DNA of 64,000 bases from Bacteroidota bacterium. Lineage in GTDB: Bacteria > Bacteroidota > Bacteroidia > Cytophagales > Cyclobacteriaceae. The stretch is from NCBI GenBank assembly GCA_016866385.1, contig VGMU01000006.1, positions 9,750 to 73,749 of the forward strand. Direction: 5' to 3'. A program made the translations under genes and the position numbers. Shown here in pieces: positions 1 through 10,579 of the stretch (position 1 is its first letter; the number at the start of each line of letters is the position of its first letter). Under the pieces are notes generated by a model that worked only from the letters and a program-made list of their open reading frames with translations, was not told where the DNA came from and ran no database searches.

Positions 1-73
1 CCACTAGTCCAAGCAGCAAAAGGAAGGTTAAACTCATTTTTACAACCTGTTCAAACGCCTCGTTCATCCTCAT
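1..73 (-). CDS. 5' end of an unidentified secreted or membrane protein (runs off window)
   Basis: ATG at 73 lies 2 nt past the stop of the upstream minus-strand gene. The 24 visible codons (MRMNEAFEQVVKMSLTFLLLLGLV) look like a signal peptide. Too short to identify. Confidence 0.3.
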   Translation of the reverse strand, partial: MRMNEAFEQVVKMSLTFLLLLGLV

Positions 74-75
74 GT

Positions 76-1404
76 TCAGTTTTTTGGAGTGACTAGCGAA
101 AGTATGTCTCCTGAAGGGCCTTTACATACCTGGAAAGGGCTGGAATCACTAAAGGAGTCGATATTATCCTCTCCCTCCATCAAGTAAAAGCGGGTAAAGC
201 GAAGCGATCCCATAGTGGGTTCCTGGATACATATCCGCATAGGATTGCTTTCTATGGAGGTACTGATGGACTCGTCCCAAATCCCATCGTAAATGATATC
301 TTGGGTTTTTAGCCATCCATGTGCATTGTATAAGCTGACGAGCTGCCCGAGTTCACGGCTCAAGTCAGGAAGGCTAAAGAAAGATCCCCTATCGTAGCTA
401 TTGTCGTGCAGGTAGATGTCGGATGTGTAGGGAGACCAGTTGGGAGCTTCCGCTGGAAAGCCAGTCACTTGGTAGCTGGCAATGGCCACTCCATAGGTCT
501 TGTTTCCTAGGATGCGGTTGTTGAAAATCTCTACCTCTTTGGCAGCCAACAAGACAATGCCCGATCCGGGAGGGATCATGGTGACGGTATTGCCATTGGG
601 ACCATCCCCCAGTGGGGTAGCAAAATTCTCGTGGTTATTGTTTACAATGTCGTTGTCGTAAATGCGGGTTTGCCGGCCATCTCCTTTAGGTAGACCTGGA
701 AGGTTAAATACCAAAATCCCTCCCGCATTGTCACGGGCTGTATTTCCATAGACTTCGGCTCGGTCACAGTTTTCTATTTCTATTCCTGCCACATTGCCAA
801 AGGCTAGGGAGTTTTTGACCACAATGTCTTCGGATTGACCCACATAGATGCCCGCATCTTTGGAATGGGAAGCAATGCAGCTATCGATGAGCACATTTTT
901 GCATTGTACTGGATAGATGGCATAGGTTCCGTTTTTGGATTTGTCCCCATGGGTCCAGGTCACATTGATTTTCCGGAAAGTGATCCCATCCGTATGTTGG
1001 GCTTTAATCCCATCACCTGGAGCATCCTCAATACTCAGTTCTTCAATGGTAATGTCCTTGCCTACGATTTTCACCCCTTCCCCGCCGGACTTCAAATTGC
1101 GAAAGGAAAGCACCGTTTTATCCATTCCATCTCCTTGTATCCTAACCGCAGTTTTATTATCCAGAATAAGTTGGGTGTTGAGTTCGTAAAATCCCTCGGG
1201 AATGCGGATGGTGCTGGAATCTTCGGCTAGGATGAAGGCTTCTACCAAAGCTTCCACTTGTTCAGGGGTAGCTCGACGCAAATTGGAACTGTCATAGGTC
1301 TGTTCGTCGGATTGGGTGCTGCAGCCAAAAAATAGGAGGCTAAAAGAAAGAAAAAGAAGGAATCTAATCATTTCGAATGAGAGGTAAACTCGCTTGGCTT
1401 TCAT
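76..1404 (-). CDS. parallel beta-helix repeat lipoprotein
   Basis: 442-aa ORF with a lipoprotein-type signal (LLFFGC-STQ; alternative Met at 1371). Repeated beta-helix-like rungs are visible (GIYVGQSEDIVVKNS, GIEIENCDRAEVYGN, GGILVFN, IYDNDIVNN). Confidence 0.7.
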   Translation of the reverse strand: MKAKRVYLSFEMIRFLLFLSFSLLFFGCSTQSDEQTYDSSNLRRATPEQVEALVEAFILAEDSSTIRIPEGFYELNTQLILDNKTAVRIQGDGMDKTVLSFRNLKSGGEGVKIVGKDITIEELSIEDAPGDGIKAQHTDGITFRKINVTWTHGDKSKNGTYAIYPVQCKNVLIDSCIASHSKDAGIYVGQSEDIVVKNSLAFGNVAGIEIENCDRAEVYGNTARDNAGGILVFNLPGLPKGDGRQTRIYDNDIVNNNHENFATPLGDGPNGNTVTMIPPGSGIVLLAAKEVEIFNNRILGNKTYGVAIASYQVTGFPAEAPNWSPYTSDIYLHDNSYDRGSFFSLPDLSRELGQLVSLYNAHGWLKTQDIIYDGIWDESISTSIESNPMRICIQEPTMGSLRFTRFYLMEGEDNIDSFSDSSPFQVCKGPSGDILSLVTPKN

Positions 1405-1658
1405 CCTGTATTGAACTCACAGAAAATTCTTTTCAGTTGTCTACAAATCTTCAGGCAACCAAGGTGGGTTTGGGATTTTAGTTAATGAATGAAATTTGAG
1501 AAAAATTGGGAGGGAATCCAAATGGAAGCCTGAGGCTGATCAGTAGAGGGGTCAATTTTTCTGCCTGCATGCTTGAATTTCACCAAATAAAAATTCGTGC
1601 TCAGCTAGATTTTTACTTTTCTTGTTTTAGTTTTAAGAAATAAATTCAGCTTTCAATT

Positions 1659-2252
1659 ATGAAAAAAGGTCTACTCCTTCTAGCATTCTTTACGTTTACT
1701 GCTGCAGTTCAAGCCCAAATTGGTGTACGTGCGGGTATCGGCTCCACTAACTTCTCCAATGGAGATTCCCAACGTGCATTCACTTCCACCACTCGAATTC
1801 ATTTAGGGGCCTACTATGGATTGAAGGCTGCCGATAAAATCACTATTGAACCTGGTCTTTTTTATTCAGGAAAAGGATACAAATCCTTGCCTCTTGGTTC
1901 TACCAATGAAATTAAGGAAAGCCTAGCCTATTTGGACATCCCTGTTTTGGCTCGTTATGTAGTGAATACCAACTTCAACGTTTTTGCAGGCCCACAGGCA
2001 GGATTTTTACTGGCGAGAACTCGAGACAATGGAACCGTTAAGGATACCAACGCCGAACCCTTGGGTGGATATGAAGTGGGAGCTGTGCTGGGTGCGGGTT
2101 ATCGATTGGCTTCCGGTGTAAATCTTCAGATTAGCTATGATTTTGGTCTTGTGCCTTTCAACTACTATGAGTTTGAAGTAAACAACACCGTTTTCAAGTT
2201 GTCGGTAGGATATACCTTGCCCTCTAAAGCTTCCAAAGAAAAAACGGAGTAA
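1659..2252 (+). CDS. outer-membrane beta-barrel (porin-family) protein
   Basis: Signal peptide ending AVQAQ, alternating hydrophobic beta-strand pattern, aromatic-rich C-terminal strand (FKLSVGYTL). Confidence 0.65.
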   Translation: MKKGLLLLAFFTFTAAVQAQIGVRAGIGSTNFSNGDSQRAFTSTTRIHLGAYYGLKAADKITIEPGLFYSGKGYKSLPLGSTNEIKESLAYLDIPVLARYVVNTNFNVFAGPQAGFLLARTRDNGTVKDTNAEPLGGYEVGAVLGAGYRLASGVNLQISYDFGLVPFNYYEFEVNNTVFKLSVGYTLPSKASKEKTE

Positions 2253-2260
2253 TCCTCCGT

Positions 2261-2836
2261 TTATTTTTTTATTCGGGTAGGGTTGTCCTCGATAAAGGAC
2301 TTCCAGCCTTGGGTCCTGCCCCGGGATTGTACCCTTCCCTCATGGAAATGGTGGCATAAAGCCACCGCTAGCGCATCGGTGGCATCTAAAAGTTTGGGCA
2401 ATTCTTCGATTCCTAGGAGTGTTTGCAACATGGCGGCCACTTGTTCCTTGGAGGCATTTCCATTTCCAGTGACCGATTGCTTCACTTTTTTCGGGGAATA
2501 TTCAGTGATTGGAATTTCTTTGGAAAGGGCAGCTGCCATGGCTACCCCCTGAGCTCGACCCAACTTGAGCATGGATTGCACGTTGGCCCCATAAAAAGGG
2601 GCCTCCAAAGCCATGGAATCGGGTGCAAACTCATCCAAAATGCCGCATATGCGCTCAAAAATTTTCTTCAGCTTGAGTTCGTGAGTTTCGTACTTTTTGA
2701 GGTGGATGACCCCAAATTGAAGGAGTTTAAATTTTTTTCCTTCAGTCAATATTACCCCATAGCCCATGACGTTGGTTCCAGGATCTATTCCTAAAATGAT
2801 TTTTTCGGTAGTGGATTTGCCTTGAGGTGTTATCAC
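2261..2836 (-). CDS. ruvC: crossover junction endodeoxyribonuclease RuvC
   Basis: ILGIDPGTNVMGYGVI N-terminal catalytic motif, typical length and typical RuvC C-terminal ATDALAVALCH segment. Confidence 0.93.
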   Translation of the reverse strand: MITPQGKSTTEKIILGIDPGTNVMGYGVILTEGKKFKLLQFGVIHLKKYETHELKLKKIFERICGILDEFAPDSMALEAPFYGANVQSMLKLGRAQGVAMAAALSKEIPITEYSPKKVKQSVTGNGNASKEQVAAMLQTLLGIEELPKLLDATDALAVALCHHFHEGRVQSRGRTQGWKSFIEDNPTRIKK

Positions 2837-2989
2837 AAGACCAAGTTAAAAGAAATGATAAGATTCTACTGCTTCAAGGTATTAAAACTCCCATTTTCTC
2901 TATTCATCCAACCCTAGAATTATCCAGGAGATTTTTGCCTGCCAAGATTCAAAGAAGAATCCGTACTTTTAGGAATCCTTTGGAGAACT

Positions 2990-3241
2990 ATGAGTGACCT
3001 TGAATTTGATCTTCTGGATGAACTCTATTTTGTGCAAGATTTTGCCTACCTAAAGGCTACGCTTAGGTGGGAAGAAGAAACTCTTGTGGACACCCTGCAC
3101 CTCCTTTATGAAAAGGGATGGATCAAATGTTTCACCCAACCCGATCAAGAATGTTTTGGAGAAGTTGACTTGCGAAGAAATGGAAAGGATTTATTGTATT
3201 TAGCTACAAAAAAAGGGCTTATGGCCCATACCACGCTTTAG
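2990..3241 (+). CDS. hypothetical small protein
   Basis: 83-aa ORF ending 1 nt before the next start, so probably co-transcribed with the phosphatase. No recognisable motif. Confidence 0.4.
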   Translation: MSDLEFDLLDELYFVQDFAYLKATLRWEEETLVDTLHLLYEKGWIKCFTQPDQECFGEVDLRRNGKDLLYLATKKGLMAHTTL

Positions 3242-3242
3242 T

Positions 3243-4454
3243 ATGGAGGCCGATAACTACAAATACCAACGCAAGGAATTGGAACTGAAGGCCCTTTTGG
3301 AAATTACCCAAGCTATCAATGAAAATCAATCCGAAGAGGTATTGATCACTATTTTCAAATTTACCTGCTTGGTTCACCTCAATATAAGTTCTTTGATTTT
3401 TTATATGTCCAAAGAGGGGGGATTTGAGCGCAGAATTTCCCATGGGGTAAAGACAAAAACCCCTGCTATCCTATTAAAAGAAGCCATAGAAGAGGACAAT
3501 GGTTCTGGCACCCTTTCTATACAATTGCAAGAAGGATACTCTTTCTCCGAGCTAGAGACCTACCTGCCCGTTTACCACAAGGAAACACTTTTAGCTATCC
3601 TTTTTTTAACTAGAAAATCTAAAACCCAAGACCTGGATATAGATTTTACTCAGGCCTTAGCGAATATTTTGGTTGTAGCTCTGGAAAACAAGAGATTTTC
3701 TAGACGGCAAGTAGAGCAGGAGGTATTCAAGCGAGAGGTAGAAATTGCCTCCCAAGTGCAGCAACTCTTGCTTCCCTCCTCCTTACCAGATACGGAGGTA
3801 TTGAAAGCCAAAGTGACCTATATTCCGCATAGCAAAGTAGGGGGAGATTATTATGACTTGATTCGGGGTCGGGAGAACAAGGTTTATTTTTGTATTGCAG
3901 ACGTCTCCGGAAAAGGAATGGCGGCAGCATTGTTGATGTCAAATTTTCAAGCAGCCCTTCGGACCTTGCTGAGGAGCAATGCAGATTTAGAAACCATCAT
4001 TCACCAATTAAATTTTACTTTGTTCGACACCACCAAAGGGGATCGATTCATCACTTTTTTTCTAGGGGAGTATGACTTTAGCACTAAAACCCTACGGTTT
4101 GTCAATGCTGGGCATAATCCTCCCCTATTGTTTCATCAGCAACAAAAACAAGTGGAATACTTAGAGGCTGGTACCACCCTGTTGGGGGCTTTCGAAACTT
4201 TGCCCTTTTTGGAAATAGGAAAAAGAGATCAGCTAAACGACTTTACCCTTCACCTCTATACCGATGGCCTCACAGAGGCAAAAAATCCCCTGGAAGAGGA
4301 ATTTGGAGAAAAAAGATTTCGAGATTTTGTTGAAAAAAGCCAATTCCCCGATCCAAAGGAATTTCATTACGAGTTTATGAAGGTGATTAGAAATTTTTCC
4401 CAAGATGCTCCGCTGCAGGATGATTTGACCTTGCTGAGTTTACGCTTTCATTGA
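3243..4454 (+). CDS. PP2C/SpoIIE-family serine/threonine phosphatase with N-terminal sensor (GAF-like) region
   Basis: GGDYYD, CIADVSGKGMAAALLM and YTDGLTEA motifs typical of RsbU/SpoIIE phosphatases. Confidence 0.85.
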   Translation: MEADNYKYQRKELELKALLEITQAINENQSEEVLITIFKFTCLVHLNISSLIFYMSKEGGFERRISHGVKTKTPAILLKEAIEEDNGSGTLSIQLQEGYSFSELETYLPVYHKETLLAILFLTRKSKTQDLDIDFTQALANILVVALENKRFSRRQVEQEVFKREVEIASQVQQLLLPSSLPDTEVLKAKVTYIPHSKVGGDYYDLIRGRENKVYFCIADVSGKGMAAALLMSNFQAALRTLLRSNADLETIIHQLNFTLFDTTKGDRFITFFLGEYDFSTKTLRFVNAGHNPPLLFHQQQKQVEYLEAGTTLLGAFETLPFLEIGKRDQLNDFTLHLYTDGLTEAKNPLEEEFGEKRFRDFVEKSQFPDPKEFHYEFMKVIRNFSQDAPLQDDLTLLSLRFH

Positions 4455-4457
4455 CCC

Positions 4458-5093
4458 ATGCGCCTTTACCGAATCCCTCTTCTGCTGGAGCAACTATTTC
4501 CCAACCGGCTTTGGGAAGGTCCTAGAACTGAACGATCCTTGTACCTGACTTTTGACGACGGACCTGTTCCGGGAATTACGGATTTTGTCATAGAGCAACT
4601 TGCCAAAAGAAGTCAAGTAGCGACCTTTTTTATGGTAGGGGACAATGCCCGAAAACATCCTAGCCTTCTGCATGAGGTTGTGACTGCCGGGCATGGGGTG
4701 GGGAATCATACCCAGCACCACCTTGCCGGTTGGAAGGTATCCACTCCAAGGTATCTTCTAGATATACAGCTATGCGATGAGACCCTCGCTTCTGTTCTAG
4801 GTGATGCACCTGGTCTATTTAGGCCTCCCTATGGATGGATGTCTCCCTTTCAGGCTTCCGCTGTGGCTAAGGAAAAAAAGATTGTCATGTGGAGTTTGCT
4901 CGGTAGAGATTTTGATTCCTCCCTATCTTCTGCTCAATGCCTGCAGGGAATTTGCAAGCGCACTTCCATGGGAAAAATTCTCGTCTTGCACGATCAGGAA
5001 AAAACCTTGACTCAAGTAAAAAATATACTTCCAGATTACCTTGATTTTTTAATAGATCAAGGCTTTACTACGCAAGTAATTCCTAAATTTTAA
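4458..5093 (+). CDS. polysaccharide deacetylase (NodB-homology) family protein
   Basis: TFDDGP and GNHTQHH metal-binding motifs; RPPYG motif. Confidence 0.85.
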   Translation: MRLYRIPLLLEQLFPNRLWEGPRTERSLYLTFDDGPVPGITDFVIEQLAKRSQVATFFMVGDNARKHPSLLHEVVTAGHGVGNHTQHHLAGWKVSTPRYLLDIQLCDETLASVLGDAPGLFRPPYGWMSPFQASAVAKEKKIVMWSLLGRDFDSSLSSAQCLQGICKRTSMGKILVLHDQEKTLTQVKNILPDYLDFLIDQGFTTQVIPKF

Positions 5094-5195
5094 ACCCCTA
5101 GTTGAAAGCTTGATCTCCCTACCTTGAGCCTCAGGGATTGAAGAGAATGTTTCTTATTTTTGAAGATCTTTTTTATCCCACGAACCTGTACACTC

Positions 5196-5972
5196 ATGTC
5201 GTTAATTGACACCCACGCCCATATTTATTCCAGTAAGTTTGATGCCGACAGGGATCTTGTGGTGGAGGATGTGATTAATGCCGGAGTCACCAAGATATTT
5301 ATGCCCAATGTGGATGTAGATAGCATCGACCGCATGCTGGATTGTGAATCACGTTACCCTGGATTGTGCCTTCCCATGATGGGACTTCATCCCTGTGAAG
5401 TAGGAGATGATTTTGAAGAGCAACTACGCCATATGGAGGGATGGTTGGCACGCAGACCTTTTGCTGGCATAGGTGAAATTGGCACAGATTTATATTGGGA
5501 TAAAACCAACCTACAGAGACAAATCCAGGCACTCGATATACAAATTTCTTGGGCCAAATCCTTGGATCTACCCATTGTCCTGCACTGCAGAGAATCTATA
5601 GACATTACCATAGATACTATTTCGAAAGCTCAAGATGGAAATTTAAGGGGGATTTTTCATTGCTTTACGGGTACCTTAGAGCAAGCCAAAAAAATTATAG
5701 ATTTGGGTTTTCTCCTAGGTATTGGAGGAGTGGTAACCTTCAAAAACGGAGGATTGGATCAAGTGATTCCGTATATTGGTACCGATGCTTTGGTACTGGA
5801 GACAGATGCTCCTTATCTTGCTCCAGTCCCACACCGAGGCAAACGAAATTCCCCTGCTTTTCTTCCGTTCGTTGCAGAGAAGGTGGCAGAGATCCTGCAG
5901 GTAAAAACTGAAGAGGTGGCGAAAGTGACCTCCTACAATGCGCTTGGGCTGTTTAAGGAAATTGAATTATGA
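5196..5972 (+). CDS. TatD-family metal-dependent hydrolase
   Basis: MSLIDTHAHIY N-terminus plus EIGTDLYW, HCR and ETDAPYL motifs. The ORF-track start at 5160 is a TTG extension. Confidence 0.9.
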   Translation: MSLIDTHAHIYSSKFDADRDLVVEDVINAGVTKIFMPNVDVDSIDRMLDCESRYPGLCLPMMGLHPCEVGDDFEEQLRHMEGWLARRPFAGIGEIGTDLYWDKTNLQRQIQALDIQISWAKSLDLPIVLHCRESIDITIDTISKAQDGNLRGIFHCFTGTLEQAKKIIDLGFLLGIGGVVTFKNGGLDQVIPYIGTDALVLETDAPYLAPVPHRGKRNSPAFLPFVAEKVAEILQVKTEEVAKVTSYNALGLFKEIEL

Positions 5973-7036
5973 ACTATAAAATTGTTCGACTTAATACGGG
6001 GATTAAATCGGGAAAGGCTTCCTCGGTATTGATCATCTATACGGGGGGTACCCTGGGCATGTCCTATGACGAGTCTGGTGCCTTAGTGCCTTTCAATTTT
6101 GGTCAGATTTTGGAGAAAATCCCCATTCTCTCCAACATGAATATTGCTATTACGGTGATTTCTTTTCCTGAGCCTATAGATTCTTCCAATGTCACCATGA
6201 GCCATTGGAAAGATATGGCCTACATCATTACGGAGAATTACGACAGCTACGATGGATTTGTGGTGCTTCATGGGACAGATACTATGGCCTATTCTGCTTC
6301 CATGCTAAGTTATATGCTGCAGGGGCTCAACAAACCCGTCATCTTTACCGGTGCACAATTGCCCATCTCAGCCATGCGTTCGGATGCACGAGAAAACCTG
6401 ATGACCTCACTGGAAATTGCGACAGCCAAGTCCAAGGGTAGGCCTATAGTACCCGAAGTATGTATTTTTTTCAATCACATGTTGCTTCGAGGCAATCGTT
6501 CCAAGAAGGTGCAAAGTGTACATTTTGATGCCTTTGAATCTGAGAATTATCCGATTTTGGCAGAAGCGGGGATTGTGATTGATTACAATACGGCCGCTAT
6601 TCGTCCCTACGAACCCAATCGTAAATTGATCAACCGAAGCAATTTGGATAATGGAGTAATGATTTTGAAGTTGTTTCCAGGAATTACAGAAAATATTATG
6701 GATGCCTGTTTTGCTATCAAAGGACTACGTGGGGTAGTCTTGGAAACCTACGGTTCGGGAAATAGCCCTTCTCTAGGGTGGTTTATGAAATCCCTGGAAG
6801 GAGCCATCAAAAAGGGCTTGATTATCCTCAATGTCTCCCAATGCAACGGGGGCAGGGTCATTCAAGGCAGGTACGAAACCAGCAAGGAATTGTTGGCAGT
6901 AGGCGTGGTCAGCGGAGCAGACATGACCACCGAAGCGGCAGTGACCAAGCTCATGTTTTTATTGGGGCAAAAATTGAGTAGGGAGGAAATTTGCATGCAG
7001 CTTACCCAGCCTTTGGCGGGAGAGATTACTGCGTGA
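5969..7036 (+). CDS. ansA: type I L-asparaginase
   Basis: IIYTGGTLGM and HGTDTMAYS catalytic motifs. 4-nt ATGA overlap with tatD. Confidence 0.9.
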   Translation: MNYKIVRLNTGIKSGKASSVLIIYTGGTLGMSYDESGALVPFNFGQILEKIPILSNMNIAITVISFPEPIDSSNVTMSHWKDMAYIITENYDSYDGFVVLHGTDTMAYSASMLSYMLQGLNKPVIFTGAQLPISAMRSDARENLMTSLEIATAKSKGRPIVPEVCIFFNHMLLRGNRSKKVQSVHFDAFESENYPILAEAGIVIDYNTAAIRPYEPNRKLINRSNLDNGVMILKLFPGITENIMDACFAIKGLRGVVLETYGSGNSPSLGWFMKSLEGAIKKGLIILNVSQCNGGRVIQGRYETSKELLAVGVVSGADMTTEAAVTKLMFLLGQKLSREEICMQLTQPLAGEITA

Positions 7037-7126
7037 TTTTCGTTTAAATTCCCAGCTTCGTTTGGATTAGGGAGGAATAATTTTTTTCTTTGCACTCCCA
7101 TTTGACCACTTTATTAGCAAACAAAC

Positions 7127-7214
7127 AGAGAGGTGTCCGAGTGGTTGAAGGAGCACGCCTGGAAAGTGTGTATACTCCAAAAGGGTATCGAGGGTTCGAA
7201 TCCCTTCCTCTCTG
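7127..7214 (+). tRNA. tRNA-Ser (anticodon GGA)
   Basis: Cloverleaf folded by hand. Acceptor AGAGAGG pairs with CCTCTCT, anticodon stem CACGC pairs with GTGTG around loop CTGGAAA. Long variable arm, T-arm GAGGG-TTCGAAT-CCCTT, no encoded CCA. Confidence 0.9.
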
Positions 7215-7220
7215 CAAAAA

Positions 7221-7256
7221 AAAGTCAACTTTTCTAAGGTTGGCTTTTTATTTTTT
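7221..7256 (+). terminator. rho-independent terminator after tRNA-Ser
   Basis: 9-bp stem AAAGTCAAC/GTTGGCTTT (one G-T wobble) followed by a T-run. Confidence 0.6.
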
Positions 7257-7298
7257 AATTAGGGCTTAGGCGACCAGAAATATGTAATTCTACCGATA

Positions 7299-8177
7299 TC
7301 AGCTCCCTACCAAAGCCATGCTTAAAGTTCCCATCAGCATGACCGCTTTGATCCAAGCGCTGAGTTGAGAAAAATGTTCCTTACGGTCTGCCACATGTAT
7401 TTTCCACATAAGCCAACAAAAAACCAAACCTAGGGCAGCAAAATACACGTACAATCGCCAGTCCTTGAGTTGCCAGGTAACCGTCAAAATGGCCCCCACA
7501 AAACTGATGGCAATTCCAAAAATAACCTGTTTGGTATTTCTAAATCCAATGACCAAAGGCAAGGTTTTGGAACCGTGTAGGCTATCCCCGTGCCGGTCCT
7601 CCAGATCTTTTACGATCTCTCGGATGAGGTTTAGAAAAAAGGCAAATATCGCATAGGCCAAGACCAGCAACTCATTTTTTTGATACCAGTAGGCGATGAC
7701 ATACAAGGAAAGAGCCGTCAAAAAAGCTACACTGAGGTTGCCTACAAAAGGCTTACGCTTTAGCCTGTTGCTGTACCACCATAGCAAAATGGCAGCCGCT
7801 AAAAACAAAAGGGCCATCCTTCGGGAAAGGGTCCAAGCCAGCCCTAGCGCGGTGAAGTTGAATAAGCTGTGCAAGGCCAATATCATTCTTCTCTTGATCC
7901 CCTTGCCTACTACCACTTCTTTGGGTCGATTGATATAGTCGATCTTGACGTCGTAGTAATCGTTGATCATATACCCCGAAGCAGCCAAAAGACTTGTTGC
8001 CAAGATCAACACATACAAGCGAGGATCCTGGACTACCGATGCTCCTTGAAGATCCGTCTCAATGAGGAAAACTGCTACCATGATTTGGGCAAAAGCAAGC
8101 ATCAGCAGGTTGATGGGTCTGCTGATTCTTACCAAGCTTCGCAAAGACAGCGTTCTTTCCATGGGTATACTTAACAT
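7299..8177 (-). CDS. UbiA-family prenyltransferase
   Basis: Polytopic membrane protein with NDYYDVKIDYINRP and KDLEDRHGD Asp-rich motifs. Confidence 0.85.
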   Translation of the reverse strand: MLSIPMERTLSLRSLVRISRPINLLMLAFAQIMVAVFLIETDLQGASVVQDPRLYVLILATSLLAASGYMINDYYDVKIDYINRPKEVVVGKGIKRRMILALHSLFNFTALGLAWTLSRRMALLFLAAAILLWWYSNRLKRKPFVGNLSVAFLTALSLYVIAYWYQKNELLVLAYAIFAFFLNLIREIVKDLEDRHGDSLHGSKTLPLVIGFRNTKQVIFGIAISFVGAILTVTWQLKDWRLYVYFAALGLVFCWLMWKIHVADRKEHFSQLSAWIKAVMLMGTLSMALVGS

Positions 8178-8295
8178 TCTAAAAATAAGGGAAATTACCT
8201 AGGTGATACGTATTATTTTACTCTCTTTTTATAATTCATGGTGCGTCAAACTTTATTATTTGCTAACTTCCTCCTTGTAGCATCTCAATTTGCCT

Positions 8296-9666
8296 ATGTC
8301 TCTTTCGAATCCCTCTTCACGAAGAAAATTTTTGCTTAGCTCCGGTACCGCGCTTGCGGGATCCTTGTTTTTACATCCCATAGCACAAGCCCTTTCTTTG
8401 GTAGCTCAGCCCCAGCGAAAAATGAAATTGGCCCTGGTAGGCACTGGAGTAAGGGGTTTAAGCATGTGGGGCAAGGAGGTCTTGGAAGCTTATCCAGATC
8501 AGGTAGAATTTGTAGGCCTCTGTGACAAAAATGAGGGACGATTGCGCCTTGGGCACGCCTACCTAGGAGTGAAGTGTCCAGTATTCCTTGATTTTGATCA
8601 AATGCTGGCGCAAACTTCCCCCGATGTGGTCATCGTCACTACTGTCGACAGTACACATCACGAGTTTATCATCAAATCCCTACGCTCAGGAATGCACGCG
8701 ATAACCGAAAAGCCCATGACCACGGATTCGGAAAAAGTGCAAGCTATCCTAGATGCGGAGAGAAGTTCTGGGAAAAAAGTATTGGTTACTTTCAATTACC
8801 GATATTCTCCTCACCGACAAAAGCTTTACGAATTGTTGCATGCTGGGGAAATTGGAACGGTTACTTCAGTGGATTTTCATTGGTACCTCGATACTTCCCA
8901 TGGTGCAGATTATTTTCGACGATGGCATGGTATACGAGGCTACAGCGGTAGCCTGTTGGTGCACAAGGCTTCCCATCATTTTGATTTACTCAATTGGTGG
9001 CTAGATTCTGATCCAGAAGAGGTTTTTGCCTATGGATCCTTGGAGTTTTATGGAAAAAATGGACCTTTTCGTTCCAAGTCTTGTAGGGGATGTCCTCATG
9101 CTTCCAACTGTGATTTTTACTGGGACATAACTAAAAACAAGTACCTAAGCCAATTGTATGTGGACAACGAGTCTTACGACGGATACTTGCGGGATGCTTG
9201 TGTATTTAGGGAAGAAATCGACATCTACGATAAAATGGCGGTGCAGATACGCTACAAAAATAAGGTGCAGGTAAGCTATTCCTTGACCACTTATTCTCCT
9301 TACGAAGGATACCGCATTGCTTTCAATGGAACCAAAGGTCGACTTGAGGCATGGATCAAAGAAAGTCAGCCCTGGGAGGAAGCGGCAGAAGATGAGATTG
9401 TATTAGTCAAAAACTTCGGGAAAAGAGACATTATCAAAGTTCCTCACGGAGGGGGTGGTCATGGAGGTGGAGACGAAAGGCTGAAAGACAAACTTTTTTT
9501 GGATCCAGAAAGGGCGGATCCTTACAAGCAGTCGGCAGGAAGTAGAGATGGAGCTATGTCCTGTTTGATTGGAATAGCTGCCCGTCAATCCATCGAGGAA
9601 GGTAAGCCTATCCTTATCGCCTCCCTAACAGACCTTCCTCTTTTGGAAAAAGGCAGAGGAGCCTAA
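8296..9666 (+). CDS. Gfo/Idh/MocA-family oxidoreductase with twin-arginine (TAT) signal
   Basis: SRRKFLLSSGTALAG TAT signal, Rossmann KLALVGTGVRG, EKP motif, C-terminal GGGGHGGGD segment. ATG at 8296 preferred over TTG at 8290. Confidence 0.85.
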   Translation: MSLSNPSSRRKFLLSSGTALAGSLFLHPIAQALSLVAQPQRKMKLALVGTGVRGLSMWGKEVLEAYPDQVEFVGLCDKNEGRLRLGHAYLGVKCPVFLDFDQMLAQTSPDVVIVTTVDSTHHEFIIKSLRSGMHAITEKPMTTDSEKVQAILDAERSSGKKVLVTFNYRYSPHRQKLYELLHAGEIGTVTSVDFHWYLDTSHGADYFRRWHGIRGYSGSLLVHKASHHFDLLNWWLDSDPEEVFAYGSLEFYGKNGPFRSKSCRGCPHASNCDFYWDITKNKYLSQLYVDNESYDGYLRDACVFREEIDIYDKMAVQIRYKNKVQVSYSLTTYSPYEGYRIAFNGTKGRLEAWIKESQPWEEAAEDEIVLVKNFGKRDIIKVPHGGGGHGGGDERLKDKLFLDPERADPYKQSAGSRDGAMSCLIGIAARQSIEEGKPILIASLTDLPLLEKGRGA

Positions 9667-9679
9667 TCCTCAGCCTCTC

Positions 9680-10546
9680 TTATGGCATGCTGGGCACCGG
9701 CTCTGGACGGAGATCCACTAAAGCAACAGCACCTTTGATGGCCGTTTCGTCCATGTCTGAAACCAAGACCTGAACTTGATTTAGCACACTTGCATAGGCA
9801 AAGGTCTGGAGTGTTTTTCGCATAGATTTTTCAAAAAGTGGAAAGGTCTTCCTGATCGAACCCCCTAAAATGATTGCCTCGGGCGCCAAGGAGTATAGAA
9901 TCACTTTTATAAGTTCACCCACGTGGTTTCCAAATTCCTCAAAAGCCTGAAGGGCCTTGGGGTCGCCTTGCTCGGCCAGTTTAGCCATGGCCTTGGGTCG
10001 ACTTTGGTAGTGGGATTCAAAAAATTTTCCACTGCAGTAATCTTCAAAAGTTTTGTCTAGGTAGGATACTCCGCACCATTCTCCAGCTGCTGAGTTTACC
10101 CCCGAGTAAAGTTGACCATGGATGACAATTCCTCCTCCAGTACCTGTACCCAAGGTGATGCCTACTAAATTTTGGAAAGGTTTTCCTACTCCAAACTTAT
10201 GGACACCAATGGCAAAGCAATTGGCGTCATTGTTGATAAATACTGGTTTTTCGAAACGTTTAACTAAGAATTTTTTTAATTCTACTCGCTGAAAAGAGGG
10301 AATATTTGCCAAGCCTAGGACTATACCTTGTCGGGCATCTACCAATCCGGGAATGCCGATGCCTATCCCTGCTAGGTCATGAGGAAGATAGCTGGCAATA
10401 AAACTAGCCAAGGTTTCTAAGATAACTTCCTCTTTCTCAAGGGCAGGAGTAGGAATACTACGTATATCAAGGAGGGCTCCGTCTACATAAACGCCCCCTT
10501 TGATGCTGGTACCTCCAATGTCTAGTCCTAATATGGCTTGATGCAT
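9680..10546 (-). CDS. ROK-family sugar kinase
   Basis: LGLDIGGTSIKGG N-terminal ATPase motif and GITLGTGTGGG motif. Confidence 0.85.
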   Translation of the reverse strand: MHQAILGLDIGGTSIKGGVYVDGALLDIRSIPTPALEKEEVILETLASFIASYLPHDLAGIGIGIPGLVDARQGIVLGLANIPSFQRVELKKFLVKRFEKPVFINNDANCFAIGVHKFGVGKPFQNLVGITLGTGTGGGIVIHGQLYSGVNSAAGEWCGVSYLDKTFEDYCSGKFFESHYQSRPKAMAKLAEQGDPKALQAFEEFGNHVGELIKVILYSLAPEAIILGGSIRKTFPLFEKSMRKTLQTFAYASVLNQVQVLVSDMDETAIKGAVALVDLRPEPVPSMP

Positions 10547-10579
10547 GCGTTTGCAGTTGTGTTGGGAAAAATGAATGGC